Below are positions 19,627-30,214 of a DNA stretch of 64,000 bases, in pieces. The stretch comes from an uncultured Collinsella sp. (GTDB lineage Bacteria > Actinomycetota > Coriobacteriia > Coriobacteriales > Coriobacteriaceae), in the NCBI GenBank assembly GCA_900757465.1, contig CAAENY010000146.1:13630-77629 (forward strand), in the 5' to 3' direction. Positions within the stretch are counted from its first letter, which is position 1, and every line of letters starts with the position of its first letter. The notes beneath the pieces were generated by a model. The model had not been told where the DNA came from and did no database searches. It worked only from the letters and a program-made list of their open reading frames with translations. A program made the translations under genes and the position numbers.

Positions 19627-19856
19627 CTGCCTGATTCCTTCCGTTTGCATACGGCCGATAAACTGCTAAACACTTTACCTACGTTTATCAAGTCGTGAGC
19701 TGCGGTTTTTTATCTTCTCGGCGAACGGTTTTGCAGTTTTATCATTTTTTTATCGACACCCCAGCGGCAAAACGTTTTTGCTGATCATTGCGGTTGATTC
19801 CGTTCGCGGCGCAGAGACAGCGCTTCACCGGTGCGTTTTCACAACCACTCCAAAAC

Positions 19857-19893
19857 AAAAAGCGGTGACGCCTCATTTGAGACGTCACCGCTT
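19857..19893 (-). terminator. Rho-independent terminator after the PTS IIC gene
   Basis: AAGCGGTGACG stem with U-tract on the minus strand. Confidence 0.75.
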
Positions 19894-19950
19894 CCGTGTA
19901 GGAGCCGGTTATCGGAGCTCCGCCCGATTAGGGCTTAACGTATGCCTGGA

Positions 19951-21342
19951 TTACTCTTCCTCAACGTGGTTGATCACAGCACCCTTGGTGTGGATGAAGT
20001 TGGGGACGAAGGCGACGATCAGAAGGACAGCGAGAATCGCGTAGACACCAGTGGTACCGAAGGCCTCGGCAGCGCGGCCAAGCGTAATGCCAATGACGGA
20101 GAAATCGAAGTCGCCGAACGTAGTGTTCTTGAAGCCAAAGACGTCAAGAACGGGCAGGAGCAGGGCCGGGGCAAAGGTGATGAGCAGGCCGTTGACGAAA
20201 GCACCAAGAGCTGCGCCCTTGCGACCGCCGGTAGCATTGCCGTAGATGCCTGCGGTAGCACCGCAGAAGAAGTGGGGAACCATGCCCGGGATGATGAAGA
20301 TGCCCAGGGTAGCGCCCACGATGAACATACCGACCACGCCACCGATAAAGGAAGCGACAAAGCCGAGGATAACGGCGGTGGGAGCATAGGGGAAGAAGAC
20401 GGCGCAGTCGACGGCGGGGATGGCACCGGGGATCAGCTTGTTGGAGATGCCCTGGAAAGCCGGGACCAGGTCGGCGAGGATCATACGAACGCCGTTGTAG
20501 ACGATGGTGACACCAACGGCGAAAGACAGAGCACAGGTCAGGGCATAGACGATTACATTGTCGCCGCCAGCGGTCTTGGTAACGACCGCAGGATCTGCGA
20601 TGTAAGCGGCGAAAGCGGTAACCAAGTAGAAGAAGGCCATGGTAAGAGCCGTGGAGATGGTGGTGTCGCGCAGGAAGGAGAACTTCTCGGGAACCTCGAT
20701 CTTCTCGGTGCTGTTCTCCTCGGCGTCCTTAGCAAAAAGCGTACCGACTGCAGCGGAGATGTAATAGGCGAGTGAACCGAAGTGGCCCATGGCGATTTCA
20801 TCGCCATCGGTAACCTTCTCGGTGAAACGCTGACCAACGGCGGGGAGCATAGCGCTCACGAGGCCCAGGAACATGCCACCCACGATGACAAGCTGGACAT
20901 CCTGAAAGCCAGATGCCTGCAGAACGGCAGAAAGCAGGCAGGCCATAAACATGCTGTGATGGCCCGTCAGGAAGATGTACTTAAACTTGGTAAAGCGGGC
21001 AATGATAATGTTCACGACATAGCCGAGAATCAGGATCATCATGGTCTGAACGCCGAGGACGCTCTGAGCCATCGAAACAACGACCTCGTTGTTGGGCACG
21101 ACGCCGGTGATGTGGAAACCGGTCTCGATGAAGGTACCCAGCGGAGCAAGGTTCTCCTGAACAACAGCGGCGCCGGCGGACAGCATGATGTAACCAAGAA
21201 TGGGCTTCAGGGTGCCCGTCATCACCTTGTGGGCAGGACGCTTAAGCGCGACAAGGCCCACAAAGGCAAATAGACCCATAATCCACGCTGGCTTGGTCAG
21301 AATCGATTGGATAAACTCAAGTATGGGAAGGATGGCTTGCAT
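19951..21342 (-). CDS. ulaA: PTS ascorbate-family (UlaA/SgaT) EIIC
   Basis: GVVPNNE, IFLTGHH, IAMGHFG, AIPAVDC, VPHFF, TTFGDFDF. Confidence 0.9.
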   Translation of the reverse strand: MQAILPILEFIQSILTKPAWIMGLFAFVGLVALKRPAHKVMTGTLKPILGYIMLSAGAAVVQENLAPLGTFIETGFHITGVVPNNEVVVSMAQSVLGVQTMMILILGYVVNIIIARFTKFKYIFLTGHHSMFMACLLSAVLQASGFQDVQLVIVGGMFLGLVSAMLPAVGQRFTEKVTDGDEIAMGHFGSLAYYISAAVGTLFAKDAEENSTEKIEVPEKFSFLRDTTISTALTMAFFYLVTAFAAYIADPAVVTKTAGGDNVIVYALTCALSFAVGVTIVYNGVRMILADLVPAFQGISNKLIPGAIPAVDCAVFFPYAPTAVILGFVASFIGGVVGMFIVGATLGIFIIPGMVPHFFCGATAGIYGNATGGRKGAALGAFVNGLLITFAPALLLPVLDVFGFKNTTFGDFDFSVIGITLGRAAEAFGTTGVYAILAVLLIVAFVPNFIHTKGAVINHVEEE

Positions 21343-21413
21343 CTGCGCTTCCTTTCTCTCTAACGTGGGCGCGTTTCCCTCTTCCACAGGGAACCGCCCT
21401 TTTTTGTGCCGCT

Positions 21414-21689
21414 TTAGGCGTTAGCGGCGGCCGCCTTGATTGCCTCGAGGGCGTCTTCGCGGATCTTCTTCTTGTTCACATAGCTGCGAACGATCACAAC
21501 GTTGCCGTGGAGCTCGGGGGCGAGTTCTTTAACGGTGATGAACAGATCCGGATTTGCGGAAGAAGCACCGTTCAGGTCCATAGACTCAACGTCGGCCTTG
21601 ATGCCCTCCTCCTCGCAAAGCTCCTCGACTTTGCCAGCGAGCATCAGGCTGGACCCGATGCCGTTTCCGCATACGGTGATGATATGCAT
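21414..21689 (-). CDS. PTS EIIB (UlaB-like)
   Basis: VCGNGIGSS phosphorylation loop. Confidence 0.9.
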   Translation of the reverse strand: MHIITVCGNGIGSSLMLAGKVEELCEEEGIKADVESMDLNGASSANPDLFITVKELAPELHGNVVIVRSYVNKKKIREDALEAIKAAAANA

Positions 21690-21764
21690 GGCAACCTTCC
21701 TCTCCTACACGTGACGGTTTTCCGTCTATCCAAAAGCGGCGACGCATCGCCGTGCCATTAAGGC

Positions 21765-22211
21765 CTAAAAGAATGAACGCATGGTCTCCAAAACCTGCTC
21801 GGGCGTATCGCATGCGCTGAGCTTGGCAACGCAGTCCTCGTCCTCGAACATCTGCGAAAGCTCCGCCAAGCAGCCAAGATGAGCCTTGGGGTCGGGTGCG
21901 CAAATACCCACGAGCACGTGAACAGGATCGAAATCCTCGTGTCCAAACGCAATGGCAGGGTCAAGCGTGACGATACAGATCCCCGCATCACTCACATTAC
22001 CATCTGCCTGAGCGTGGGGCATGGCGATGCCCTCTTCCAAGACCATATAGGGGCCGAATTTGTGAACCGATGAAATCATGGCGTCAACATAGCTCTGGTC
22101 GCATTTGCCAGCGTCTACGAGCAACTTACCGCATGCCCTGATCGCTTCCTCCCAGTCGGAGGCCTCGACGTGGCAGGCAACAAGCTCGGGCTTAAGAAGA
22201 TCGGTCAGCAT
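21765..22211 (-). CDS. PTS EIIA (UlaC/Fru-Mtl type)
   Basis: DWEEAI, GPYMVL, IAMPHA. Confidence 0.9.
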   Translation of the reverse strand: MLTDLLKPELVACHVEASDWEEAIRACGKLLVDAGKCDQSYVDAMISSVHKFGPYMVLEEGIAMPHAQADGNVSDAGICIVTLDPAIAFGHEDFDPVHVLVGICAPDPKAHLGCLAELSQMFEDEDCVAKLSACDTPEQVLETMRSFF

Positions 22212-22220
22212 GCTCGTCCC

Positions 22221-22931
22221 CTACTCCTCGGGCAGAATATGAAAACCAAGCGCCTGAATGTCGCGGGCAAAGCCCTTGACCGTATCAAGCGAGTACTCAA
22301 GCAAATCTTTCCCGAAATTCTTGCGCTTGGCAAGAAGGGCATTGGGGACCGTAATGATCTGGCATCCAACGGACTCCGCCTGGAAGATATTGAGGACCTC
22401 GCGCGTAGACGCCCAGAGAACCTCGGCAGCAGGCTTAACGGCAGCCTTCTTTACGGACTCCGCCATGAGGGGCAGCGGATCGACGCCGGTATCGGCAATG
22501 CGACCGGCAAAGATGGACAGAATAGAGGGGGTCTCAGCAGAGACGGCATCGACAAACTCGTCGACCTGCTCGGGCGTGAAGATCGTGGTGACATTCACCT
22601 TGATGCCGTCGGCAGAAAGGCGCTTGACCAGCGCGGCAGTGGACTCGCCCTTGGTGTTGAGCGCCGGGATCTTAACGTAGACGTTGTCTGCCCAGGTTGC
22701 AATCTCGCGAGCCTCGGCTTCCATACCAGCCTCGTCGTCGGCGAACACCTCAAAAGAAACCGACACATCGGTAATGTGCTCAAGAACCGTCTTGGCAAAA
22801 GCGCGATAGTCAGTCACGCCACCGGCCTTCATAAGGGAAGGATTGGTCGTGAAGCCCTGAACGTTGCCATTGTCATGCATGTCAAGCATGCCTTCGAGGT
22901 TAGCGCCGTCGGCAAACACCTTAATCGCCAT
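22221..22931 (-). CDS. tal: Transaldolase (TalC-type), intact copy
   Basis: FADGA, TTNPSL, VSFEV, VYVKIP Schiff-base Lys, SIFAGR. Confidence 0.9.
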   Translation of the reverse strand: MAIKVFADGANLEGMLDMHDNGNVQGFTTNPSLMKAGGVTDYRAFAKTVLEHITDVSVSFEVFADDEAGMEAEAREIATWADNVYVKIPALNTKGESTAALVKRLSADGIKVNVTTIFTPEQVDEFVDAVSAETPSILSIFAGRIADTGVDPLPLMAESVKKAAVKPAAEVLWASTREVLNIFQAESVGCQIITVPNALLAKRKNFGKDLLEYSLDTVKGFARDIQALGFHILPEE

Positions 22932-23279
22932 GTTCGGTCCTTTCTCATCTAGCACTATTGCTATCGAAAGCCTTCTTCTTTGTTTCAAAAGCTTTTCGGC
23001 TTTCTTTTATAAAGTATTTCAAAAGCCATCGAAAGCTCAATTGTCAACTTTCCGTGAACGGTCGAATATCGGGTGTGAACGTACTTCTTTTGGGCGGCAC
23101 CTTCAGAATGAGACTCTTTATAGCCCGTCTACGTGCGAACTATCTGCTACGCATGCATTTGTGACATGCCATTCCGTTCTTTTGATTCATTCGGATTTGC
23201 CTTGTTCTTTTCATATCGATACGTTATATTTCGATTACGAAAGGCGCATCTTTTACCTTTTGTTCAAAAGGAGCGGCAT

Positions 23280-24071
23280 ATGGCATCTACTTCAGACCTT
23301 TCACCGGCCGAGCGTCAGCGATTTATCATGAATTGGCTGGCCGAAAAGCCAAATATCTCGGTATCCGACATCGTTCGCCGTTTTTCGGTTTCGGAAGTCA
23401 CCGCACGACACGACCTCATCTCGCTGGAATCCGAAGGCAAGCTGCGTCGCGTACGCGGCGGAGCGGTATCGCTTTCTCGCTCCAACGCAATCTCGTATCC
23501 CGAAGAGCGCATCAATGTCCAAGTCGAGGCCAAGGAAGCCATCGCCGCAACCGCAGCAACTCTTGTTGATGATGGCGATGTTCTGGTAATTGATATCGGC
23601 ACCACAGGCTTTTACTTCGCTAAGGCCCTCATGGACAAGCGTGAGATCACCATTATCACCGGCGATCTTGCAATCGCGAACTACGCCAGCTTCAATCTCC
23701 CCAACGCTTCGGTAGTGCTGCTGGGCGGCTCCGTGCGCAAGGGCCACCTCTATCTCGCGGGCGCACTAACGCTCGACTGCATGAGCAAACTACATGCCGA
23801 CAAGGCGTTTGTCAGTGCCGACGGATTCCACCCCGACCACGGTTTTACCGTCGAGCACGACTTCTCGGCCATGATCAAGCATATGTACCTTACCAACTCA
23901 AACCAGGGCTACATGATGGTTGACCAGGGAAAGTTCAACAAAACCAGTTTTTATCAGTCCGCGCAGATCGATGACCTCGACGGCATCATCGTTGATGGAG
24001 ACGACGAGAGCATCATGACGGCGGCGATCGAGAGCAGTCGCAGTCATCCCAAGCTCTATATTGCAAAATAG
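23280..24071 (+). CDS. DeoR/GlpR family transcriptional regulator
   Basis: VSEVTARHDL, RVRGGA, DIGTT; AAGGAG RBS. Confidence 0.92.
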   Translation: MASTSDLSPAERQRFIMNWLAEKPNISVSDIVRRFSVSEVTARHDLISLESEGKLRRVRGGAVSLSRSNAISYPEERINVQVEAKEAIAATAATLVDDGDVLVIDIGTTGFYFAKALMDKREITIITGDLAIANYASFNLPNASVVLLGGSVRKGHLYLAGALTLDCMSKLHADKAFVSADGFHPDHGFTVEHDFSAMIKHMYLTNSNQGYMMVDQGKFNKTSFYQSAQIDDLDGIIVDGDDESIMTAAIESSRSHPKLYIAK

Positions 24072-24074
24072 CTC

Positions 24075-24115
24075 AAATGGCCGGGCCGCCCCCACTGCGG
24101 GCGACCCGGCCATTT
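24075..24115. terminator. Bidirectional terminator
   Basis: AAATGGCCGGG...CCCGGCCATTT between convergent genes. Confidence 0.7.
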
Positions 24116-24116
24116 A

Positions 24117-24368
24117 TTAAATCAACCCAAAATGCTGCATCGCTGTGACGGTACCGTCGTGTGCGACATCGTCGGTCACGTAGTCGGCGAGCGCCTTGAC
24201 TTCGGGCATGGCGTTGTCCATGGCGACAGCCGTCTCGACAGCGGCGAGCATACCCAGATCGTTGCCGGAATCGCCAAAGCCAAAGGTGCGCGCGTTGCCG
24301 GTGCGACCTAGATACGCCAGCGCCCGCGCCAGGCCCACGCCCTTGTCGATGCCCTTGGGGCTCAACTC
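24117..24368 (-). pseudogene. 3' fragment of a Cof-type HAD hydrolase
   Basis: ELSPKGIDKG and FGDSGND (motifs III/IV) present; no DxD motif I; in-frame TGA just upstream. Confidence 0.8.
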
Positions 24369-24559
24369 GCGATTTGTTTGCTGGGCTCACTTGGAAGAGC
24401 GGCGGTAAACGCATCTCCCGGTTAATCCGGCACCGCCGAAGCGAACCCCACACACGCCCGCCGGCAAGCGGCACGCGCCCGCCAACGCAAAGGTCCGGCG
24501 GGACGCACCTAGCATCCCGCCGGACCGTCACTCGTCCAGGAGGTCGCCGCGACGAGCCC

Positions 24560-25651
24560 CTAGATCTTCGCAAGCTCCTCGGAGATGACGCGACAGACAT
24601 CCTCAGCCTGAGGCATCACGCCGTACATCTCGAAGAAGCCGTGGTCGCAGCCGCGATAACGAATCGCAGTGACGTCAACGCCCGCATCCTGCAGCCTCTT
24701 CGCGAACAGCTCGTCCTGATAGCGCAGATAGTCATACTCGGAAGAGATGATGACCGTGCGGGGGAACGCGCTCACGTCCTCCGCGAACAGCGCGGAAATC
24801 AGCGGGTCGAGCATCTTGTCCGCATCGCCGTTGACGTACATGGGCGGAAGGTCGTTGTTGGCGAGGCGAATGCGATCAACCCTGCTCAGCGCCTCGGGCC
24901 TCTGCTCATCCACGACCTCGTACAGGTCATAGGACCACTCATCCGGAACGGGACCGCCATCAACGAGCGGATAAAGCTCGACAACCGCCTTGATCCTATC
25001 CGCGTGAGAGCCCTCGAGCACGACGGCATTCGACAGGCTGCCACCCGCAGAGTCACCAGCCACGGCAATGCGAGTCGCATCAACGCCCAGCTCGTCAGCG
25101 TGATCGACAAGCCAGTCGAGCGTCTTCACGCAGTCCTCGACGCCACCGGGGAACATCGTCTCGGGAGACAAGCGGTACTCCGGATAGATCGCGACGCAAC
25201 CCGTGCGCTCCACGATGTCGCGCAGGCAGTTCTCGTACTGGCCGATGTTGCCCACCATGAACCCGCCGCCATGGATGAACACGAGCGCGGCAGACCCATC
25301 CTCGTGCCCCTCCGGCGTGAAGATGTGCAGCGGAATGCCCTTGTCGCCGAAGTTCATGACGACGGTCTTCTTGGCAACGTTCGCGCCCCTCACGACGTGG
25401 GTCTCCTTGTTGGGCGCGGAGCGCCACGCGATCACGTCCACCGGTCCGGCCGGCGCCGACCCCGCCGCAGGAGTCGCAGCGAGCTTCGCGTGCGCACGAG
25501 CATAGACGCGCGGATCGAGCACGTGCTCGCGGTCGTCACCCGGCACGGGCTTCAGCATCAGCCTCAGGCCGTTAGGCTCGACAACCTCCCTCGCGCCACT
25601 CTCAAGCACCTCAAGCTCGGAAGTGGGGTACTTCCTATCCTCGGCGCTCAT
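24560..25651 (-). CDS. Alpha/beta hydrolase, HSL-family (acetyl)esterase
   Basis: HGGGF, GDSAGG, EYD, HGF catalytic set. Confidence 0.92.
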   Translation of the reverse strand: MSAEDRKYPTSELEVLESGAREVVEPNGLRLMLKPVPGDDREHVLDPRVYARAHAKLAATPAAGSAPAGPVDVIAWRSAPNKETHVVRGANVAKKTVVMNFGDKGIPLHIFTPEGHEDGSAALVFIHGGGFMVGNIGQYENCLRDIVERTGCVAIYPEYRLSPETMFPGGVEDCVKTLDWLVDHADELGVDATRIAVAGDSAGGSLSNAVVLEGSHADRIKAVVELYPLVDGGPVPDEWSYDLYEVVDEQRPEALSRVDRIRLANNDLPPMYVNGDADKMLDPLISALFAEDVSAFPRTVIISSEYDYLRYQDELFAKRLQDAGVDVTAIRYRGCDHGFFEMYGVMPQAEDVCRVISEELAKI

Positions 25652-25653
25652 GG

Positions 25654-26598
25654 CTAGCCGATCTTCAGCTCGTCGAGCCTGGCGTCGAGCTTGGCCATCT
25701 CGTCGGCGGAAAGCTCCCACTCGAACGTCTCGCAGTTCTGAATCGCGTGGGCGTCCGTGCGCACGCCCACGAGAGCGGTGCCCACGTACTCCTTCTGGGT
25801 GCTCCAGTTCACGGCAACCTGCGCCACGGGTTTGTCGTGGGCCTCGGCGATCTCGTCCATGACCTTGAGCAGCTCCTGGACGCGCGAGAACTTGGGCTCC
25901 CGGAAGTAGTCGTAGAAGCCACCGCGGACGTCGCCTTCCTCGAACTTCGTCAGCTCGCGGAACTTGCCCGACAGGATGCCCGCGCCAAGGGAGCCATAGG
26001 TGAAGGAGTCGATGCCACGCTCGTAGCCCCACTTGATGAGGTCCTCGGAGGAGCGGTCAACCATAGAGTAGGGCGGCTGCTGGACGTCAATCTGAGCGAC
26101 CTTCTCGCACTCCTCGATCATCTCGGTCGTGAAGTTGGAGACGCCGATGTGGCGAATCTTGCCCTGCTCCTTGAGGAGCTGGAGGGCGCACATCGTCTCG
26201 GAGAACGGAGTCTTAGCGTCGGGCCAGTGCACGAAGTAGAAGTCGATGTAGTCGGTGCGGAGGTTGCGCAGCGAGCTCTCGACCTCCCTCATGATGTTCT
26301 TGAACGAGGAGTCGCGGTCATAGCCGGCGGCGCTGGTGATCAGGCCAACCTTGGTCGAGAGCAGGTAGCTCTCTCTGTCGACGCCCCTGAGCGCGTTGCC
26401 GACGACCTTCTCGGACGTGCCGTTGCCATAGCACGGCGCGGTGTCGATGAGGTTGACGCCGTGATCGAGCATGGTGCGGATGGCGGACATGCTGGCGGCG
26501 TCATCGTTCTCACCAAAGGAGTCGCCGCCGATCGCCCAGGTGCCCACAGCGAGCTGGGAGACGTCGACATCGGAATTCTTGAGGTGCGTGTAGCGCAT
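25654..26598 (-). CDS. Aldo/keto reductase
   Basis: GTWAIGG, DTAPCYG, STKVG, HWPD, IGVSNF. Confidence 0.95.
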   Translation of the reverse strand: MRYTHLKNSDVDVSQLAVGTWAIGGDSFGENDDAASMSAIRTMLDHGVNLIDTAPCYGNGTSEKVVGNALRGVDRESYLLSTKVGLITSAAGYDRDSSFKNIMREVESSLRNLRTDYIDFYFVHWPDAKTPFSETMCALQLLKEQGKIRHIGVSNFTTEMIEECEKVAQIDVQQPPYSMVDRSSEDLIKWGYERGIDSFTYGSLGAGILSGKFRELTKFEEGDVRGGFYDYFREPKFSRVQELLKVMDEIAEAHDKPVAQVAVNWSTQKEYVGTALVGVRTDAHAIQNCETFEWELSADEMAKLDARLDELKIG

Positions 26599-26695
26599 GT
26601 TCTCTCCTTCTAATGGGGCGGCACGCGTCGAATGTCCTCGATCGCGTGCCGCCGGGAATTGCCTTAAACAAGCTTCGAATGATCCGGAAGCCGCC

Positions 26696-27532
26696 CTACA
26701 CGATGCCCACGAGGCCGAGGACGAGCGCCAGAATCATGATGCCAACCAGGATGATGTTGACGTTCACGTTCTTCTTGCGCAGGAGCCAGAGGACGACGAG
26801 CGTAAGCCCCAGGGGCACGATGCCCTTGAAGATCGAGTCGAGGTAGGTCTGGATCATGACGGGGTCAGAGTCCTGAACCGGAATGGACAGGATCGTGTTG
26901 AATTGGACGTTCGCCGCAGTCATGGCACCGATCATCACGAGGCCAACCGTGGAGGTCGCCTTGGTGATGAGCTTCATGAGACCACCCTCGTACATCTCGG
27001 AGATGAAGTTGGTGCCCATGCTGAAGCCGAGGTAGGTCATGAAGTATCGGCAGAGGATCGACGGGATGTTGTAGATCAGCAGGAACATGATCGCGCCGAG
27101 GGGCGAGCCGCTCATGGCGAGGTTGATGCCAATGCCGGCAGCGATGACACGCAGGACGCCCCAGAAGATTGCGTCACCGATGCCGGACATCGGGCCCATC
27201 AGGGAAACCTTGATGCCGTCGATGGACTCGGTGTCGAAGTCTTCGTGCTGCGAGTTCTCCCTCTCCATGGAGGCGACGAGGCCCATGGCGAACGTGCCGA
27301 CGTTCTGGGTAATGTTGTGCCAAGTCGTGTGACGCTTCATGGCTTCGGCACGGGCCTCGGGGTCATCGGCGTAGTAGCGGTTAAGCGCGGGCTGGACGGA
27401 GTACAGCCAGCCGTCGGCGCCAGCCTTGACGGAACCGCCGGCGCAGGAGGCGAACACGGAGAAAGAGCGCAGGAAAATGCTGTTGAGCATCTTCTTGTCT
27501 TCAGGGCTCACATTCTTGGTCAGGTTGCTCAT
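26696..27532 (-). CDS. PTS mannose/fructose/sorbose family EIID
   Basis: IKVSLMGPMSGIGDAIFW. Confidence 0.92.
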   Translation of the reverse strand: MSNLTKNVSPEDKKMLNSIFLRSFSVFASCAGGSVKAGADGWLYSVQPALNRYYADDPEARAEAMKRHTTWHNITQNVGTFAMGLVASMERENSQHEDFDTESIDGIKVSLMGPMSGIGDAIFWGVLRVIAAGIGINLAMSGSPLGAIMFLLIYNIPSILCRYFMTYLGFSMGTNFISEMYEGGLMKLITKATSTVGLVMIGAMTAANVQFNTILSIPVQDSDPVMIQTYLDSIFKGIVPLGLTLVVLWLLRKKNVNVNIILVGIMILALVLGLVGIV

Positions 27533-28341
27533 GCGAAGAAATCCTCCTCGTCGCTGGTTACAGAGTCGTTGGAAACGGCCTGGGTGGCCAAGCCCTTCTT
27601 GGTGAGATCGAAAATCTCCTTGTCGCGGAGGGCGGAGGCAACCGCGATGATGACGCCGAGAACCGCGATGGCGATCATCGGGAGGCCGAGGTACTGGTAG
27701 AGCGTGAAGCCCAGGAAGAAGTAGATGCTGAGCTCGGTGCTCCACAGCATCTGGAGCAGGAGCGCCATACCAACGGCGGGCAGGAGGGCGCCCACGGCGT
27801 TGAGGCCGCTCATGACATTGGCCGGAATCTGGTTGACAATGGCGGCAACGGGCTCAGCGCCAAGGTAAACGCCGAGGAAGGCGATGAGGCCAAAGGCGGC
27901 GTACTTAACGAACCAGAGAACGAAGTGCTGAAGCGCGAGGCCCTTCTCGTTGCCCTCGGCGGCCATCTTGTCAAAGGTGGCGGCGAAGAACGCGAGGAAC
28001 ACGTTGTTCATGAAGATCGAGAGGAACGCGGTGACGACGCCAACGGGAACGGCCAGCGTGATGGCGGCGCCTTGGTCGATGCCGGCGCCAACGGTGAAGG
28101 CGACGGCGAGGGCGGTCGCGGTAACGGGCTCGGCGGAGATGGCGCCACCGATGTTAACCGCGCCCATGAAGATTGCCTCGAGAGAGGCACCGATGATGAC
28201 ACCGGTCTTGACGTCGCCCATCAGAAGGCCCGCAACGAGGCCGACCACGAGAGGACGCTCGATCATACACTGACCGAGAACCCAGTTTCCGCCGTAGCAA
28301 ATCAGCACGGTCAACCAGGCCATTACTGCTAACCCAATCAT
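27529..28341 (-). CDS. PTS mannose family EIIC
   Basis: RPLVVG, GASLEAIFMG, LPAVGMALLL. Confidence 0.92.
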   Translation of the reverse strand: MIGLAVMAWLTVLICYGGNWVLGQCMIERPLVVGLVAGLLMGDVKTGVIIGASLEAIFMGAVNIGGAISAEPVTATALAVAFTVGAGIDQGAAITLAVPVGVVTAFLSIFMNNVFLAFFAATFDKMAAEGNEKGLALQHFVLWFVKYAAFGLIAFLGVYLGAEPVAAIVNQIPANVMSGLNAVGALLPAVGMALLLQMLWSTELSIYFFLGFTLYQYLGLPMIAIAVLGVIIAVASALRDKEIFDLTKKGLATQAVSNDSVTSDEEDFFA

Positions 28342-28387
28342 TTGACTTCCTTTCTCTCATTTCATTTGACCGCCTGGCCAAATCCCC

Positions 28388-28891
28388 TTATTTCTCCGCC
28401 GCCTCGATCAGACTCTTGAGAGGAGTCTTGGGATTGGACGGGATAAGCTGATGGAAAACCGGAATACCCTGCTCGCAAAGCTCCTTCGCGGCCTCGAGCT
28501 CATCCGGGTTGAGCATGATCGTGGAGTTGAGGGCGACCTTGCTATCCGGATCGGACTTGTCGAAGCGGCCGACATTGGCAACGTTCACGCCCTCGATCTT
28601 GCCCGGTGCGCCTTTAACGAGCTCAAGCACGTCACGCACGCAGTTGGTGAGCGCGAAGATGCGCATGGAGTCCGCACGCGGATCGTTCGCGATGCGGCAA
28701 GCATCCGGAACATCCTTGACGAGGAGCTTCTGGCCCGCCGGCGTACCCATGGAAAGCGTCATGCGAAGGGCATCGCTCTCCACGGCGTGCTTGTTGGCGA
28801 CGATGATCCTGGTGGTGTTGAGCTCCTTGGTCCACACCAGGGCGACCTGCCCGTGAATCAGACGGTCATCGACTCGAACCTGAACAATCAT
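28388..28891 (-). CDS. PTS mannose family EIIB
   Basis: RVDDRLIHGQV. Confidence 0.95.
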   Translation of the reverse strand: MIVQVRVDDRLIHGQVALVWTKELNTTRIIVANKHAVESDALRMTLSMGTPAGQKLLVKDVPDACRIANDPRADSMRIFALTNCVRDVLELVKGAPGKIEGVNVANVGRFDKSDPDSKVALNSTIMLNPDELEAAKELCEQGIPVFHQLIPSNPKTPLKSLIEAAEK

Positions 28892-28920
28892 TGTTTCCTC
28901 TCCTTACTTATTAGTGCTCT

Positions 28921-29349
28921 CTAATCGAAGAAGTCTCCGTCGGACCCCTCGTTGTCCGCGGCCTTGCTCGGAGGCTCGACGACCTGCATCGTCGCCCTCG
29001 CCAGCTCGACGCTCTGTTTGATCGAATCTGCCGTGACCGGCTCAGCGCCGAGGAGCGCCTCGATCACGAGGCCGAGGTTCATACCGGTAACATGGACGAT
29101 CCCGCGCTTCTCCGGCTCCATGAGGACGACCTTCTGGAAGACGGAGCCACCGTAGATGTCGGTGAAAATGATGGCCTCGTCCTCAGGGCCCACCGAGTCA
29201 ATAAACGCCTGGATGCGAGGGGTGAAATCGGAGTCGTCCACGTAGCAGTCAACTGCTTCCACCATGTCCGCCATACCGGTCAGGATCTCGATCGAGCTCC
29301 TGATTCCGCTTGCGAGGTGACCGTGCGACGCGACAAGAACTTTCTTCAT
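28921..29349 (-). CDS. PTS mannose family EIIA
   Basis: ASHGHLASG, TDIYGGSV, GMNL. Confidence 0.92.
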   Translation of the reverse strand: MKKVLVASHGHLASGIRSSIEILTGMADMVEAVDCYVDDSDFTPRIQAFIDSVGPEDEAIIFTDIYGGSVFQKVVLMEPEKRGIVHVTGMNLGLVIEALLGAEPVTADSIKQSVELARATMQVVEPPSKAADNEGSDGDFFD

Positions 29350-29359
29350 CGAGTCTCTC

Positions 29360-30214
29360 CTAGAGCGAATAGTGGTTGGGGTTCAGAAGCTGGATCTTGC
29401 TTGCGACGAACGCGCGCATGTCGGGGGCGGCGTCCATCAGGAGGCCAACGCCGTTGCCGTCGTTCTTGCCGGAGCTGATGTCCTTCTCGAAGGCGCGGTA
29501 CATGGAGCGGAAGTACTCCGTGGCGATGTTGAACTTGCTCATGCCGAGGTTCACGGCCTCCTGGAGCTGCTCGTCGGGGATGTCGGAGCATCCGTGCATG
29601 ACGAGGGGGATGCTGACGGCCTCCCTGCAGGCCTTGATGCGCTCCATGTCGAGGTTCGGGACCTTGACGTAGGGGCCGTGGGCGTTGCCGACGGCGATGG
29701 CGAGCGAACCACAGCCGGTGCCCTCGACGAACTCCTCGGCGAGGTTCGGGTCGGTATAGTGGTCGCTGTTCACGAAGTCGTTGGCGTCGGAGCCGTTGCC
29801 GACGTGGCCGAGCTCGGCCTCGATGTCAACGTCGAAGATCTTGGCGACCTGGACGACGTCCTTCGTGAGCTGGAAGTTCTCCTCATAGGGAAGCGAGGAG
29901 CCGTCGACCATGACGGAGGGGAAACCGGCCTTGACGCCCTTGACGGCGATCTCGTAACCAGCGGAGTGATCCTGGTGGACGGCGACGGGCACGCTCGCGC
30001 GCTCGGCGTAATAGCGGGCGGCGAAGGCGATGATGTCGAGGGCACAGTGGTCCTCGAAGCCGGGCCAGTACTGAATGATGATAGGCATGTGCTCATCCTC
30101 GGCGGCCTGGATCGCATAACGGATGGTCTCCGTGTTGATGACGTTGATCGCGGGCACGCCATAGTGGTGCTCGGTCGCATGTTGAAGAAGCTCGTTGACC
30201 TTGATGAGAGACAT
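29360..30214 (-). CDS. Class II fructose/tagatose-bisphosphate aldolase
   Basis: HQDH, SVMVDGS, EAELGHV, GNAHG, LVMHG. Confidence 0.92.
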   Translation of the reverse strand: MSLIKVNELLQHATEHHYGVPAINVINTETIRYAIQAAEDEHMPIIIQYWPGFEDHCALDIIAFAARYYAERASVPVAVHQDHSAGYEIAVKGVKAGFPSVMVDGSSLPYEENFQLTKDVVQVAKIFDVDIEAELGHVGNGSDANDFVNSDHYTDPNLAEEFVEGTGCGSLAIAVGNAHGPYVKVPNLDMERIKACREAVSIPLVMHGCSDIPDEQLQEAVNLGMSKFNIATEYFRSMYRAFEKDISSGKNDGNGVGLLMDAAPDMRAFVASKIQLLNPNHYSL

